Below are positions 36,676-48,530 of a stretch of 64,000 nucleotides of DNA, one piece after another (within the stretch, counting starts at the first letter, position 1; every line of letters starts with the position of its first letter). The DNA is from Macrostomum lignano (Eukaryota). A model generated the notes under the pieces. That model was not told the origin of the DNA. It searched no databases and worked only from the letters and a program-made list of their open reading frames with translations. Location: assembly GCA_002269645.1 (NCBI GenBank), contig NIVC01000016.1, forward strand, positions 186,001-250,000, in the 5' to 3' direction. The translations under genes and the position numbers were made by a program.

Positions 36676-39600
36676 GAGACAGACAGACAGACAGACACAC
36701 AGAAAGACAGACAGACAGACAGACAGACAGACGGACACACAGACAAACAGACGAACAGCTAAAGCAGTAGAATCGCACTAGTAGCAGATCCGAGTAGGCA
36801 CAGAGAATCCCAGAAAAGCATTGGATTTGGCAGCCGTGCAGCAGATGAACACACGGAATCCTTGAAAGTGCTTTCCCCACACCGCTGCCGCCCCAAGGCA
36901 GAGAGCCACTGTACACGGAGCACTTGGATAACTATATATTAATATGAGCAGATGAACTTTTCCCAAATTCTTCAATAGAACAGTTGGGCAAGAGGTTCGT
37001 TTTTGCACAGCAGAGCAGACTGCGGGAGGAATTGGCAGAACGCGAATCTGCCGGAAGGGATTTCGTACGCGGCGGCAACAGCTGCACTAATAAGTTCATA
37101 GCGCACTGGGTCAACTTTCTTCCCATTTCCCATCTCTCTCTCTCCTTCAGTCCCTCCCACTCTCTGGCGCTCTCTCTCTCTAGCCAAGCCGCGGTTGCGG
37201 TCTGCAATGCTAGGGAGGATGGGGATTACAATAATATCCGCCAGAGCGAGCTGGCAAACCCGATACAGCAAGAAGAGAAAAAAGATTGCTCACTGCTCTG
37301 CTCAAGGCTACTTAGATGCGGTTTGCTTGTAGCTGACAGGGCGGGGTGGGTGTGAAGCCGAGAGGGGTGGCGGTCTCTGAGACACCCTAGCGCAGAATTG
37401 GAAGCCTTACACTACATACTAATACTGCGTAGGTGGAGGCCGTTATTGGCATTGGTAATAGTATTCATAATAAAATATTGCTGTGGCCTGGCATTGCTCG
37501 AAAAGAAACAGGATTGATTTGATTGACAGGAAGGATATGAGATCGAGGAAGTGCAGACCAAAGAGAAGCGAATGAAAAAAGATGGAGAGGATGCAGGGTA
37601 GAAGAGCGTGAGTAGAATGTAGAATGAGTGAGGGTAGAGTGAGTGAGGGTAGAGTGAGTGAGGGTAGAGTGAGTGAGTGAGGGTAGAGTGAGTGAGGGTA
37701 GAGTGAGTGAGTGAGGGTAGAGTGAGTGAGTGAGGGTAGAGTGCGTTAGGGTAGAGTGAGTGAGGGTGGAGTGAGTGAGGGTGGAGTGAGTGAGGGTAGA
37801 GTGAGTGAGGGTAGAGTGAGTGAGTGAGGGTAGAGTGAGTGAGGGTAGAGTGAGTGAGTAAGGGTAGAGTGAGTGAGTGAGGGTAGAGTGAGTGAGTGAG
37901 GGTAGAGTGCGTTAGGGTAGAGTGAGTGAGGGTGGAGTGAGTGAGGGTGGAGTGAGTGAGGGTAGAGTGAGTGAGGGTAGAGTGAGTGAGGGTGGAGTGA
38001 GTGAGGGTGGAGTGAGTGAGGGTAGAGTGAGTGAGGGTAGAGTGAGTGAGGGTGGAGTGAGTGAGGGAAGAGTGAGTGAGGGTGGAGTGAGTGAGGGAAG
38101 AGTGAGTGAGGGTAGAGTGAGTGAGTGAGGGTAGAGTGCGTTAGGGTAGAGTGAGTGAGGGTGGAGTGAGTGAGGGTAGAGTGAGTGAGGGTAGAGTGAG
38201 TGAGTGAGGGTAGAGTGCGTTAGGGTAGAGTGAGTGAGGGTGGAGTGAGTGAGGGTGGAGTGAGTGAGGGTAGAGTGAGTGAGGGTAGAGTGAGTGAGGG
38301 TAGAGTGAGTGAGTGAGGGTAGAGTGCGTTAGGGTAGAGTGAGTGAGGGTGGAGTGAGTGAGGGTAGAGTGAGTGAGGGTAGAGTGAGTGAGGGTAGAGT
38401 GAGTGAGGGTAGAGTGAGTGAGTGAGGGTAGAGTGCGTTAGGGTAGAGTGAGTGAGTGAGGGTAGAGTGCGTTAGGGTAGAGTGAGTGAGGGTGGAGTGA
38501 GTGAGGGTGGAGTGAGTGAGGGTAGAGTGAGTGAGGGTAGAGTGAGTGAGGGTGGAGTGAGTGAGGGTAGAGTGAGTGAGGGTGGAGTGAGTGAGAGCGC
38601 AGGGGCGGCAAGCACAGCCCAGACACAAACCGTGGCAGAGGAACAGGGGCTCGCCGGCATTGGACATCTCCTCGGAGGGGCTGAGGTAGGGGCACTCGGT
38701 CTCCACTGCCTGGCACCAGTCTGGACAAGGCTGCATCAGAGCCGATGCGGCCGCCTCGGCGAAGCGACCCCTAGCGGCCTGCACGGTCCAGGCCTCTCTG
38801 GAGGTGTTGTGGACGGTAAAGTACACCGAGCAGAGCCAGTCGGTGTAGGCAATCTGTGGATTTTTTAAAAACAGATGCTTGACTGCCAAATACGTGTGTT
38901 AAACAAACTTGTGAAACTCAACTTGATTTCATATCAGCTACCCTTTACGTATAGAATTATTGAGATGAGCTAACCAGTAGGTCAATATGTAAATTTTTCA
39001 GAATGCAGAAAAAGCAGCTGTAAGATCTAGAAATTCATTAAGGCTTGGTTTGGTATAGCGAGAATACATTGCTCACTGGGGCAAGCCTGCAGCTAATGAA
39101 GGATAACAGTCCACAAGGACGGGAACGGGACAGACAGCCGGACTCACTGATAGATGATGGATGGAGGGCAGGTCAGTCCGGGTCCTGCTAGCGACAAACG
39201 GCAAATGGGTCGGGGCGGAATCAAATAGGAAGCGGTCGAAAGCTCCAACCTTTGCTTTCAACCCCCCTCCCCCGTGACTCTGGGGTAAAGGGGCCGGCTG
39301 CTCTCCAGCAGAGACAGGGGGAAAAAGGATTTAGTCTGGAGCAGTGCCTGCACAAGAGTAGGAGAAATTCCTCATATACATGTCAATGTGTCATAAGAAG
39401 GTTTATATGCGTATAATTATATCTGTGCATTAGATTGAGTGCAGTAATAACTTTGTTTCATATTGAACAGTCCAATCAGAATGAGAGCTGGTTATTAGCA
39501 GGGTTCCTCAAAGGACACGGGGTGACGCCGGGTGCAAGAGGTTGCTGGGAATGTATACTGGGCATGTAAGAATGTGCAAGTTTTATAAAAATATTGCTGG

Positions 39601-42600
39601 CTAATGAAAACTAAAAATAATATTCAAAAGAGTTTGAAACTAAACCTAAACCTAAATTTATTTTGAAACTTCATCAGCGATGGTTTTCCCAACCTGAGAC
39701 TTCTCCACCCTGAGACTTCCCCAACCAGAGGCTTCCCAACCCTGAGGCTCCCCAACCCTGAGGCTCCCCAACCTGAGAATTCCCCAGACTTCCCCAACCT
39801 GAGACCTCCCCAGACTTCCCCAATCTGAGACTTTCCCAGACTTCCCCACCCTGAGTATTCCCCAGACTTCCCAACCCTGCCCTGAGACTTCCCCAGACTT
39901 CGCCACCCTGACTTCCCAACCCTGAGACATTCCCAACCTGAGACTTCCCCAACCTGAAACTTCCCCAACCATGAGACTCTCTTAATCTGAGACTTCCCCA
40001 CCCTAAGACTTCTCCAGACTTCCCCACCCTAAGACTTCCCCAACCTGACTTCCCAACCCTGAGACATCCCCAACCTGAAACTTCCCCAACCATGAGACCT
40101 TCTTAACCTGAGACTTCCCCACCCTGAGACTTCCCCAACCCGAGACTCCTCTCAACCTAAACTTACCCCAACTGAAAATTCATGAACCGAAGCTACTACT
40201 AATACTACTTAGCAAACAGTTTTGCACGAGAGTAATACCCATCTGCAAAGAAGTTATAACTGACATCATACCGGTAATTTGATCGGCTGTCACTCATTTA
40301 TTATGAAAGCTGGAATTCATTGAAATTCGCGCCAACACCAGTAAACTATCTGGCACCACAGTGGCCGAATTTAAGGCAAAAACGAAGCCTTCACTCGCCT
40401 GACCAGGCAACAAATTCGTCTCAAAAGTCGGCCTAGCCCGCACTCCTCACCCCCCTCACTGCCGGGTTGTTGTGTTTAAGCTGCTTAGGCGGGAAAGTGA
40501 TTAAAAGTACAGATTGACAGGGAATTTAGTAAGCGGACCGATAAACGGATGGAGCTTTTGAAAATGACATGAGAGAGGGAGAGGGGACAGGGGGGGGGGG
40601 CAACCCCACTTCACCTATTATTTGGCGGGTCTGCATCAGCCAGGACTGGACAGAGAGGGAACTGAGGCGGGGAAGAGTGGGCTTGGAGCTGGAGATCGGT
40701 GGGAGGGAGGCTAGAGAAAGTGCAAGTCAATCCGACGACCACCGCAGCCACATCGGTAGATCGCCATCTCTATTGGCATTATACTTCTCCCCTGAGGCTT
40801 GCAATGCTTGACCGCCGAGCGCGCCCCTCACTCTTTTGGGAATTCCCAATAGATGTAGACAGGGAACCACCGAGTATTGACAGTAAAAAATGACGGCATT
40901 AATGATTACGAATCCTAATGGGTAGCACGATGCATTCGAGCGTATGCGCCATTTCCAGCGACTTTCTCTCAGCTATTCCTGATGCCACTTTCTCTCAACT
41001 GTGCCATTCCCGATGCCACTTTCTCTCAACTGTGCCATTCCTGATGCCACTTTCTCTTAACTGTGCCATTCCCGATGCCACTTTCTCTCAACTGTGTCAT
41101 TCCTGATGCCACTTTCTCTCAACTTTGCCATTCCCGACGCCGCTTTCTCTCAACTGTGCCATTCCCGATGCCACTTTCTCTCAACTGTGCCATTCCCGAC
41201 GCCACTTTCTCCCAACTGTGCCATTCCTGATGCCACTTTCTCTCAACTGTGCCATTCCCGACGCCACTTTCTCCCAACTGTGCCACTCTCTCACACCTGC
41301 ACTGCACCCCAACTTCCCTAACAAGGGGTTGAAAAATTCAAATTAAACTCAAAAAGGAAAAAAGAAAATTGCGATTCAAGCCGTTGAACACGCCGGCAGA
41401 GAGGATGGGGCGCGTCGGAGAACTGTCTCCGAAGCAGAGCTCCTCAGGCTGGGCAACCGCGCAGACTCCCTTTCGCAGGGGCGCCAATTACTCATTTCGC
41501 TTCATCTTCTCTTCCTCATCCAGTACTCCTCTCGCGCCTCTTCGCTCACCAGTCGTTATCCATCTCCCTCTGGCTAGGCGGCCCCACAGCTCGCTTCGAC
41601 TAAGAGTCGGAATAAAAAAATAAAAGACGGAGAAAGTGAGATGAGTCCGGCCGCTCCCCCCCCCCCACTCCCGTCCCTAAAGTCGGAATCCTCGCCCTTC
41701 TTGGTATTTTCCGCTACGTCCTCTGCTAGCTCGCCTTCGCCTGCCGTCCCCTGAGCTCTCGCTTTTTTCTCCTCTTCTCCGCCCCGCTCCCCCTTACTTC
41801 GCTCTAGTTTTCGTTCGCCGCCCCGTTTACTTGATTGAAAAACGCCCCCCTCTCCCAGCCCGGCTGTCGCCTCGGCTACTCGGCTGGGTTTTGTCACTAG
41901 CTTCACTGGGACTCTCGAGTCCTCCTCCCAGCTTCTCTGCTGCATCTGGCTGGTAACAACTAGCACAGAGCGATAGTTCTCCATTCTCTGCGTGTTACAG
42001 GCGGAGTTTCCGGCTGTTTGCATTACGAGCGTAGATTTGCGAAAGCTATTATTCAATCGTGCCATTCCTGATGCCACTTTCTCTAAACTGTGCCATTCCC
42101 GATGCCACTTTCTCTTAACTGTGCCATTCCCGATGCCACTTTCTCTCAGCAGTGCCATTCCCGATGCCACTTTCTCTTAATTGTGCCATTCCCGATGCCA
42201 CTTTCTCTCAGCAGTGCCATTCCCGATGCCTCTTTCTCTCAACTGTGCCATTCCCGATGCCTCTTTCTCTCAACTGTGCCATTCCCGATGCCACTTTCTC
42301 TCAACTGTGCCATTCCTAATGCCACTTTCTCTCAACTGTGCCATTCCCGATGCCACTTTCTCTCAGCTGTGCCATTCCTGATGCCACTTTCTCTCAACTG
42401 TGCCATTCCCGATGCCTCTTTCTCTCAACTGTGCCATTCCTGATGCCACTTTCTCTCAACTGTGCCATTCCCGATGCCTCTTTCTCTCAACTGTGCCATT
42501 CCTGATGCCACTTTCTCTCAACTGTGCCATTCCCGATGCCACTTTCTCTCAGCTGTGCCATTCCCGATGCCACTTTCTCTCAACTGTGCCATTCCCGATG

Positions 42601-44172
42601 CCTCTTTCTCTCAACTGTGCCATTCCTGGTGCCACTTTCTCTCAACTGTGCCATTCCCGATGCCACTTTCTCTCAGCTGTGCCATTCCTGATGCCACTTT
42701 CTCTAAACTGTGCCATTCCCGATGCCTCTTTCTCTCAACTGTGCCATTCCTGATGCCACTTTCTCTCAACTGTGCCATTCCCGATGCCACTTTCTCTCAA
42801 CTGTGCCATTCCCGATGCCACTTTCTCTCAGCTGTGCCATTCCTGATGTCACTTTCTCTTAACTGTGCCATTCCCGATGCCTCTTTCTCTCAGCAGTGCC
42901 ATTCCTGATGCCACTTTCTCTCAACTGTGCCATTCCCGATGCCACTTTCTCTCAGCTGTGCCATTCCCGATGCCACTTTCTCTCAACTGTGCCATTCCCG
43001 ATGCCACTTTCTCTTAACTGTGCCATTCCCGATGCCACTTTCTCTCAACTGTGCCATTCCCGATGCCATTTTCTCTCAACTGTACCATTCCCGATGCCAC
43101 TTTCTCTCAACTGTGTCATTCCCGGTGCCAATTTCTCTCAGCAGTGCCATTCCCGATGCCAGTTTTTCTCAGCTGTGCCATTCCCGATGCCACTTTCTCT
43201 CAACTGTGTCATTCCCGATGCCAATTTCTCTCAGCAGTGCCATTCCCGATGCCAATTTCTCTCAGCTGTGCCATTCCTGATGCCACTTTCTCTCAACCGT
43301 GCCATTCCCGATGCCACTTTCTCTTAACTGTGCCATTCCCGATGCCACTTTCTCTCAACTGTGCCATTCCCGATGCCACTTTCTCTCAACTGTGTCATTC
43401 CCGATGCCAATTTCTCTCAGCAGTGCCATTCCCGATGCCAATTTCTCTCAACTGTGTCATTCCCGATGCCAATTTCTCTCAGCAGTGCCATTCCCGATGC
43501 CAATTTCTCTCAGCAGTGCCATTCCCGATGCCAATTTTTCTCAGCTGTGCCATTCCCGATGCCACTTTATCCTAACTGTGCCATTCTCAAAAGCAATATC
43601 AAAACATTTATTTTATAAACTGCACGATAACTTTTTATCTAGCTAGCTGTGCCAACGCTAGACGCGAAAATGACAAGTGTGCAGTTTATTGCTTCTGTTT
43701 GAATTTCATGTTTTGTTGTAACGCCGTTTAAAAAAAACTGTGAAACAGAAAAAATTTATCAGGCAAATAGTTGCACGAAAAATCTGGATGAGCTCAATTG
43801 TGTACTTTTGACTCTCGAAAATCATGCCAGACAATATGGCATTAATCGTTGGCTACTCCACTCGACTCGGTATCCTCATCGATTAATGATCATCTAAATA
43901 ACTGCTATAGCAAACATGTCCGCCTCACTGCCCGAGCGCCCATGACCAAACTCCCGGGATGAAAATTGCCGGGTTAGGCAGCCCGGATGGGCTTGAGTTA
44001 TTGGCACTGGTTGGACACGCACTCAGCCTGTCAGCATTGCATGCGGCCTGGTCCATGTCCGCATGCTTACAGGCTGCAGCTGACAGACAGGAACAGCCTT
44101 GCGTTTATTGTTTTTCTCACTCTGTGTGCCTACATCTTTTTATCTGTGCCTTATTTCCGCGCCTGCTGCCTG

Positions 44173-44233
<61 letters not shown>

Positions 44234-44267
44234 ATGTGTGTCTGTCTGTCTGTCTCTGCCTGTGCCC

Positions 44268-44339
<72 letters not shown>

Positions 44340-44387
44340 TAGTGTCTGTCTGTATGTGTGTCTGTCTGTCTGTCTCTGCCTGTGCCC

Positions 44388-44473
<86 letters not shown>

Positions 44474-44519
44474 ATGTGTGTCTGTATGTGTGTCTGTCTG
44501 TCTGTCTCTGCCTGTGCCC

Positions 44520-44577
<58 letters not shown>

Positions 44578-45724
44578 GCCTGTGCCCGTCTGTCTGTTTT
44601 CTATTTACCTATCATGACTGTCCTGCTAATTTATTTCATACAACAATTTTATTAGGTCATTAGGCTCTTACTCAATTGGGGGAGTTAATGCTGAGTTATT
44701 TTTACACCCAAGATCATCGCTGGAGGTCGCAGGGGTTCCTGGTAAATCTTGGCATCCAATGAGCATTTTGCAAAAAACAGACCCAAATCAAAACTGGACT
44801 CACCTGACATTGTTTCAGGCTTTCAATGTGCTCCTGACTATGCGCCGATTTCGCTTTAAAATACATCTGATTGAGCAGCCCGCCGAAGTGGTTTGAGACG
44901 GCGCGCAACTGGTCGGACCGGTCAGCAACCGCTCTGGCGCACTGGCACAGCAGTCGGGACAGGTTCAATGCGCCAGTCAAAGATGGGGCTAGTGATGAGG
45001 CTAACGGAGGCTGCAATAGCGGACTGTCCTCGATGAATGAGCTGAGGCTGGCTCCGCCGAAGCTGCTTGAATTGTAAACGAGGCCGCTGCTACTAGAAGC
45101 AGTCGGGGAAGCAGACGAGGAAGCAGCAACAGCAGCCGGAGTTGTTGCGCCACTAGTTGAGCTGGCGGCCAGCAGGAGGGCCCGGGTGGCCTCGGCCGGT
45201 CCGAGCAGCAGCGCCGAGCAGCCGCTTGGCGGCACTCCGGCGTCAAATTCGAACTTCTTTGTAGTGTCGAACGCGTTGCCGGCGGATCCGGGCAGCGGCT
45301 CGGCGCCCGGTTGCCCGGGAAACATTGGCAGCACGGTTGCTAGGGGCAGATGGGGACAATGGCGAACTCGCAGCCAGGCGGCCGACAGAGCCTCTAATCT
45401 GGCGGCCAGAGCGACGCTGTCCGAGTCGCCCGGACAGAGGCCGAGGCTGTCAATCAGTTGCGGGGCCAGTTCAACCGGGGACGGAGGAGAGCGGCGCTTG
45501 GCCCTATTAATAATTGGCCGCTGGCCCGGCGCCGGGCCCAGAGACAGCACGGCGGCTAAGAAGGCGTCGGAATTGGCGGCGGCCTTCGAAGCCGAAGCGG
45601 CCGCCGCGGCTGTGGCAACGAACGCGCAGGCCAGCAGGCAGAGCCTGGCGGCCAGCGAAGGCGTCAGCGAGCCGGGCCAAGGAGCGCGCAACGACGACGA
45701 CAGTTGGTGCCGGCTTCGTCGCAT
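33766..45724 (-). CDS. FAM155/NALF-family NALCN channel auxiliary factor (Mid1/NLF-1-like cysteine-rich domain), ~487 aa, 3 exons
   Basis: Exons 45724-44804, 38853-38631, 34085-33766; GT-AG, phases 0 and 1. Spliced sequence LCQC...[17 protein letters not shown]...[19 protein letters not shown]...[12 protein letters not shown] matches my recollection of the FAM155A pattern (CKIVYKAWLCSQYF...PCKQYCLEVQTRCPF...FIC...CC). N-terminal hydrophobic segment and hydrophobic C-terminal tail. Confidence 0.8.
34095..35660. repeat. 23-bp G-rich minisatellite (GGTGAGGTCAGTGTGGGGCAGGT) x ~67
   Basis: Abuts the acceptor of NALF exon 3 (34087-34086); degenerate copies continue to ~35760. Confidence 0.97.
36228..36748. 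repeat. (GACA)n microsatellite
   Basis: Read directly. Confidence 0.97.
37620..38596. repeat. 15/19-bp minisatellite (GAGTGAGTGAGGGTA)
   Basis: Begins ~35 nt from the NALF exon 2 donor. Confidence 0.95.
39680..40160. repeat. ~17-bp degenerate minisatellite (CCTGAGACTTCCCCAA)
   Basis: Degenerate tandem copies. Confidence 0.88.
40975..41290. repeat. 31-bp minisatellite block 1 (CTGTGCCATTCCCGATGCCACTTTCTCTCAA)
   Basis: About 10 copies. Confidence 0.93.
42057..43585. repeat. 31-bp minisatellite block 2 (same unit as block 1)
   Basis: About 49 copies. Confidence 0.95.
44170..44600. repeat. (TGTC)n microsatellite with recurring interruptions
   Basis: The interruption TATGTGTG...CTCTGCCTGTGCCCG recurs, indicating higher-order duplication. 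Confidence 0.95.
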
Positions 45725-46199
45725 GACACCGTCCGTCGACAGCCGCTGGGCGGGGGCGCCGCTCCGACCCGCTGCCGAGGCGGGCTCGCCGCGGAGGAGA
45801 TAAAAAGAGAAGGAATTTAAACAGCAGCAGCAGTAGGGCTGCGGCTGCGGTGGTGCCTGCTGATGCTGGCCGGCTTGTCTAGCGCTACATTATTTAGCTG
45901 GCGCTGTTTAGCTAACTGCTGTGCCGCTGTTGCTGCAGCCCCTGACGCAGGCAGCTGCTGTGGTGGCAGGCGGCCGGCGGGGTGTAGCTGAAATGCCCAG
46001 ACTGGAGTCATGTAGGCGGCTTCGGCCCAGCCTTAGGCCATATGCATTTTACATTGCCGACTGGGATTGTACTTGAACTCGTGCATGCAGCCAGGCTTTA
46101 GTGAAATAGAAAGAGAAACTGACACTTAAATCTGCTATACTATATAGTTATAATAGGCCTGAAGTTCGAGGAGGCGCTACGCCAAGTCAAGCGCACGCT

Positions 46200-47450
46200 A
46201 CCGACGCTACTCAAAGAGGAGGCGGAGGATGAAAAAAGGGAGGGCGGGAAGGGGGAAGCGGGTTAGCGCTAAACCCTCCGGGGCATTTCTCCCTCCCCCC
46301 TGACACACACACACAGCTCTCTCGCCATCCCTTCTCACTGCAGCTTCCCTAGCCGCTCCTCTCTCCTCCAGTAGTTTTATTCTCTGCTCGCCCATCGTCC
46401 AGCCAATAGGAATCGGCTGGCACCACCAGCTCCAACCCCACTCCCCAGCACCCCCTCCCTTAGCCTCCAAAGCTGAGCTATCTGAGCTACGTCCGGCAAA
46501 AGCGCCGGCCTTCACTCTGCCTCAAGCCAGCTCAATACTAGCCTCACCCGCTCTCCGTCTCCCACGGAGAGAGAAAAAAGTGCCTCTGCTAGGCTCGCCT
46601 TATCAAACAGGGTCCATCAAATTACATGCGAGACCGCTGAATCGGTGGGTGTGCGTGCGTGTGTATGCGATCCGAGCCCCCCACGGCAGCCGCAAACAGT
46701 AGAGAAGACTAAGGAGCTCTCCTTGACTTAAGTTCCTTACTCTCTCCCCCATACCCACCGAGCTATCCACGCCTCTCCCTCCTCAGCCTTCTCATCGCTA
46801 TATATTTTGCTCCATCTCTCTCCTTTCTTCTCCTGACGGCGTCGAGTTTGGTGTCAGGCGGAGGCTCTCCGCTTCCCTGACTCTCTTCTTCTTCCCAGGT
46901 TCCTCCTCGGCTTCACCTACCCCCCTCCATCCCTATCCGGATCTGCTATTCCTTTAGCCCATCCCAGGCGCATGCAGTTTCGCTTCCCGCTGACTTTCAG
47001 GCTGGGCCCATCCCACTCTCCTCTAACCTAAGCCAGCACACCCTGCGGTTTGAAAAATGCCCCTACAACTACAAGCTCCGCCTCTCTTAGCCAGGGGCCA
47101 TCCAACCACACTATGCCGCCATTCCGACTCCCCCCTGCACCATCATCCCCTAGAACATTTTCTCACACACACACTTCTCTTCCTAACCCCAACCCCCCTT
47201 GAGACCTCATTTGTCCCAGCAGCGGGGGGGGGGCGGCTCCTAACCGCAGGACATGCACTCTATGAGTAAGTAAATCCCGAGGCGAGCATGCAAAAAGCCT
47301 CGATCTGCACGCTGCCGCCTCTCGCTGAGGTTCTGTATTTTTTCTAATGCAGATAAAAAAACTGATTCATCGTTCTCGTACACAAAAAACGTATTAACCG
47401 CAGTCTGCAGAGGCAGGCAGCACTGCACCAATTAGACTAGTATAAAAAAT
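46200..47450. promoter_or_regulatory. Candidate divergent promoter/5' region between NALF-like (minus) and MORC2-like (plus)
   Basis: GC-rich, CpG-retaining segment between divergent genes; CCAAT at 46403; plus-strand donor GTAAGT at 47266. TSS not determinable from sequence. Confidence 0.35.
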
Positions 47451-47510
47451 CCGAGCTTAAAACTGCTCAAAAAGTTACCTTTTTTGTCACTATGGATTCC
47501 TGCGCTGCAA

Positions 47511-47840
47511 CTGAGGATCTGGGAGGCTGGCCCAGCAGCTGAGGGTCTGGGAGGCTGGCCCAGCAGCTGAGGGTCTGGGAGGCTGGCCCAGCAGCTGAGG
47601 GTCTGGGAGGCTGGCCCAGCAGCTGAGAATCTGAGAGGCTGGCCTAGCAGTTGAGGATCTGGGAGGCTGGCCCAGCAGAGCCTGAGAATCTGGGAGGCTA
47701 GCCTAGCAGCTGAAGATCTGGGAGGCTGGCCTAGCAGCTGGAGATCTGGGAGGCTAGCCTAGCAGCTGAGGATCTGGGAGGCTGGCCCAGCAGCTGAGGA
47801 TTTAGGAGGCTTGCCTAGCAACTAAGGATCTGGGAGGGTG
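47511..47840. repeat. 28-bp minisatellite x 12 (CTGAGGATCTGGGAGGCTGGCCCAGCAG) at the GC/AT boundary
   Basis: 12 copies parsed; distal copies carry C->T/G->A changes. Confidence 0.95.
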
Positions 47841-48404
47841 GTACTAAAATAAATGAGAATTTATTTAAAAACTATAAACTTAGTCAATTTTAGAAGTCAA
47901 TAATGTATATATTTTTAAGGAATATATATATAAAAAATAAATATCATAAAAACTATTAATTGTAATAATAAATGCTATAAAAATAAATTGAAAAGATAAC
48001 AATTAGTCTTACTTTACAATGAAAATATTTTTAGATGAATAAAAACCACATTTAAAAGCTTTAAACTAGTTTTTACATAGCCTATCATAAGCTGTAGAAT
48101 GCCATAAGATGAAAAAATAGTTACTTTTTAGCTCATAATTCTATGCTTTCTATGATTTTTCAAGTAAAATAAATAAAATGTAAAAAGTTTAATGGATAAT
48201 AATTTAAATAGAATTTCCTTAATTAAATGAGTTTAATTATCAGTTTTAGATAGGAAAGAATAACAACAAGACATTTATATTATTTTAAGCCAAAAAATGA
48301 TATTGTTTTGTTAGTTTGAAACCTTCTATAAAATAGGGTGTTATTATATTATATTTATACACTGTTTCCTATAAAATTGTATAGTTTAATAGTTTTACAT
48401 CTTA

Positions 48405-48530
48405 ATAGTTAGAGTCCAATACTTATAACCAAAAGATTTGGCTCTAGACCCACTATGAACAATGTCTTGAGCAAGACAATTAACTCTATATACCTTTTGT
48501 CTACCTAACTGTAAAATGGTAAAATGGTTA
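48405..48530 (+). mobile_element. Heavily eroded CORE-like SINE remnant
   Basis: ATAGTTAGAG...ATGTCTTGAGCAAGACAATTAACTCT...CTGTAAAATGG: same core as the 20140-20279 copy plus the MIR-like CTGTAAAATGG motif. Confidence 0.55.

Noticed and set aside
36778-37355. Overlapping short ORFs in NALF intron 2
   Set aside because: No consistent splice signals or homology; NALF exons 2 and 3 join in frame without them.
37620-38596. TTAGGG hexamers suggesting interstitial telomere
   Set aside because: Isolated single hexamers within a variant of the GAGTGAGGGTA unit, never tandem.
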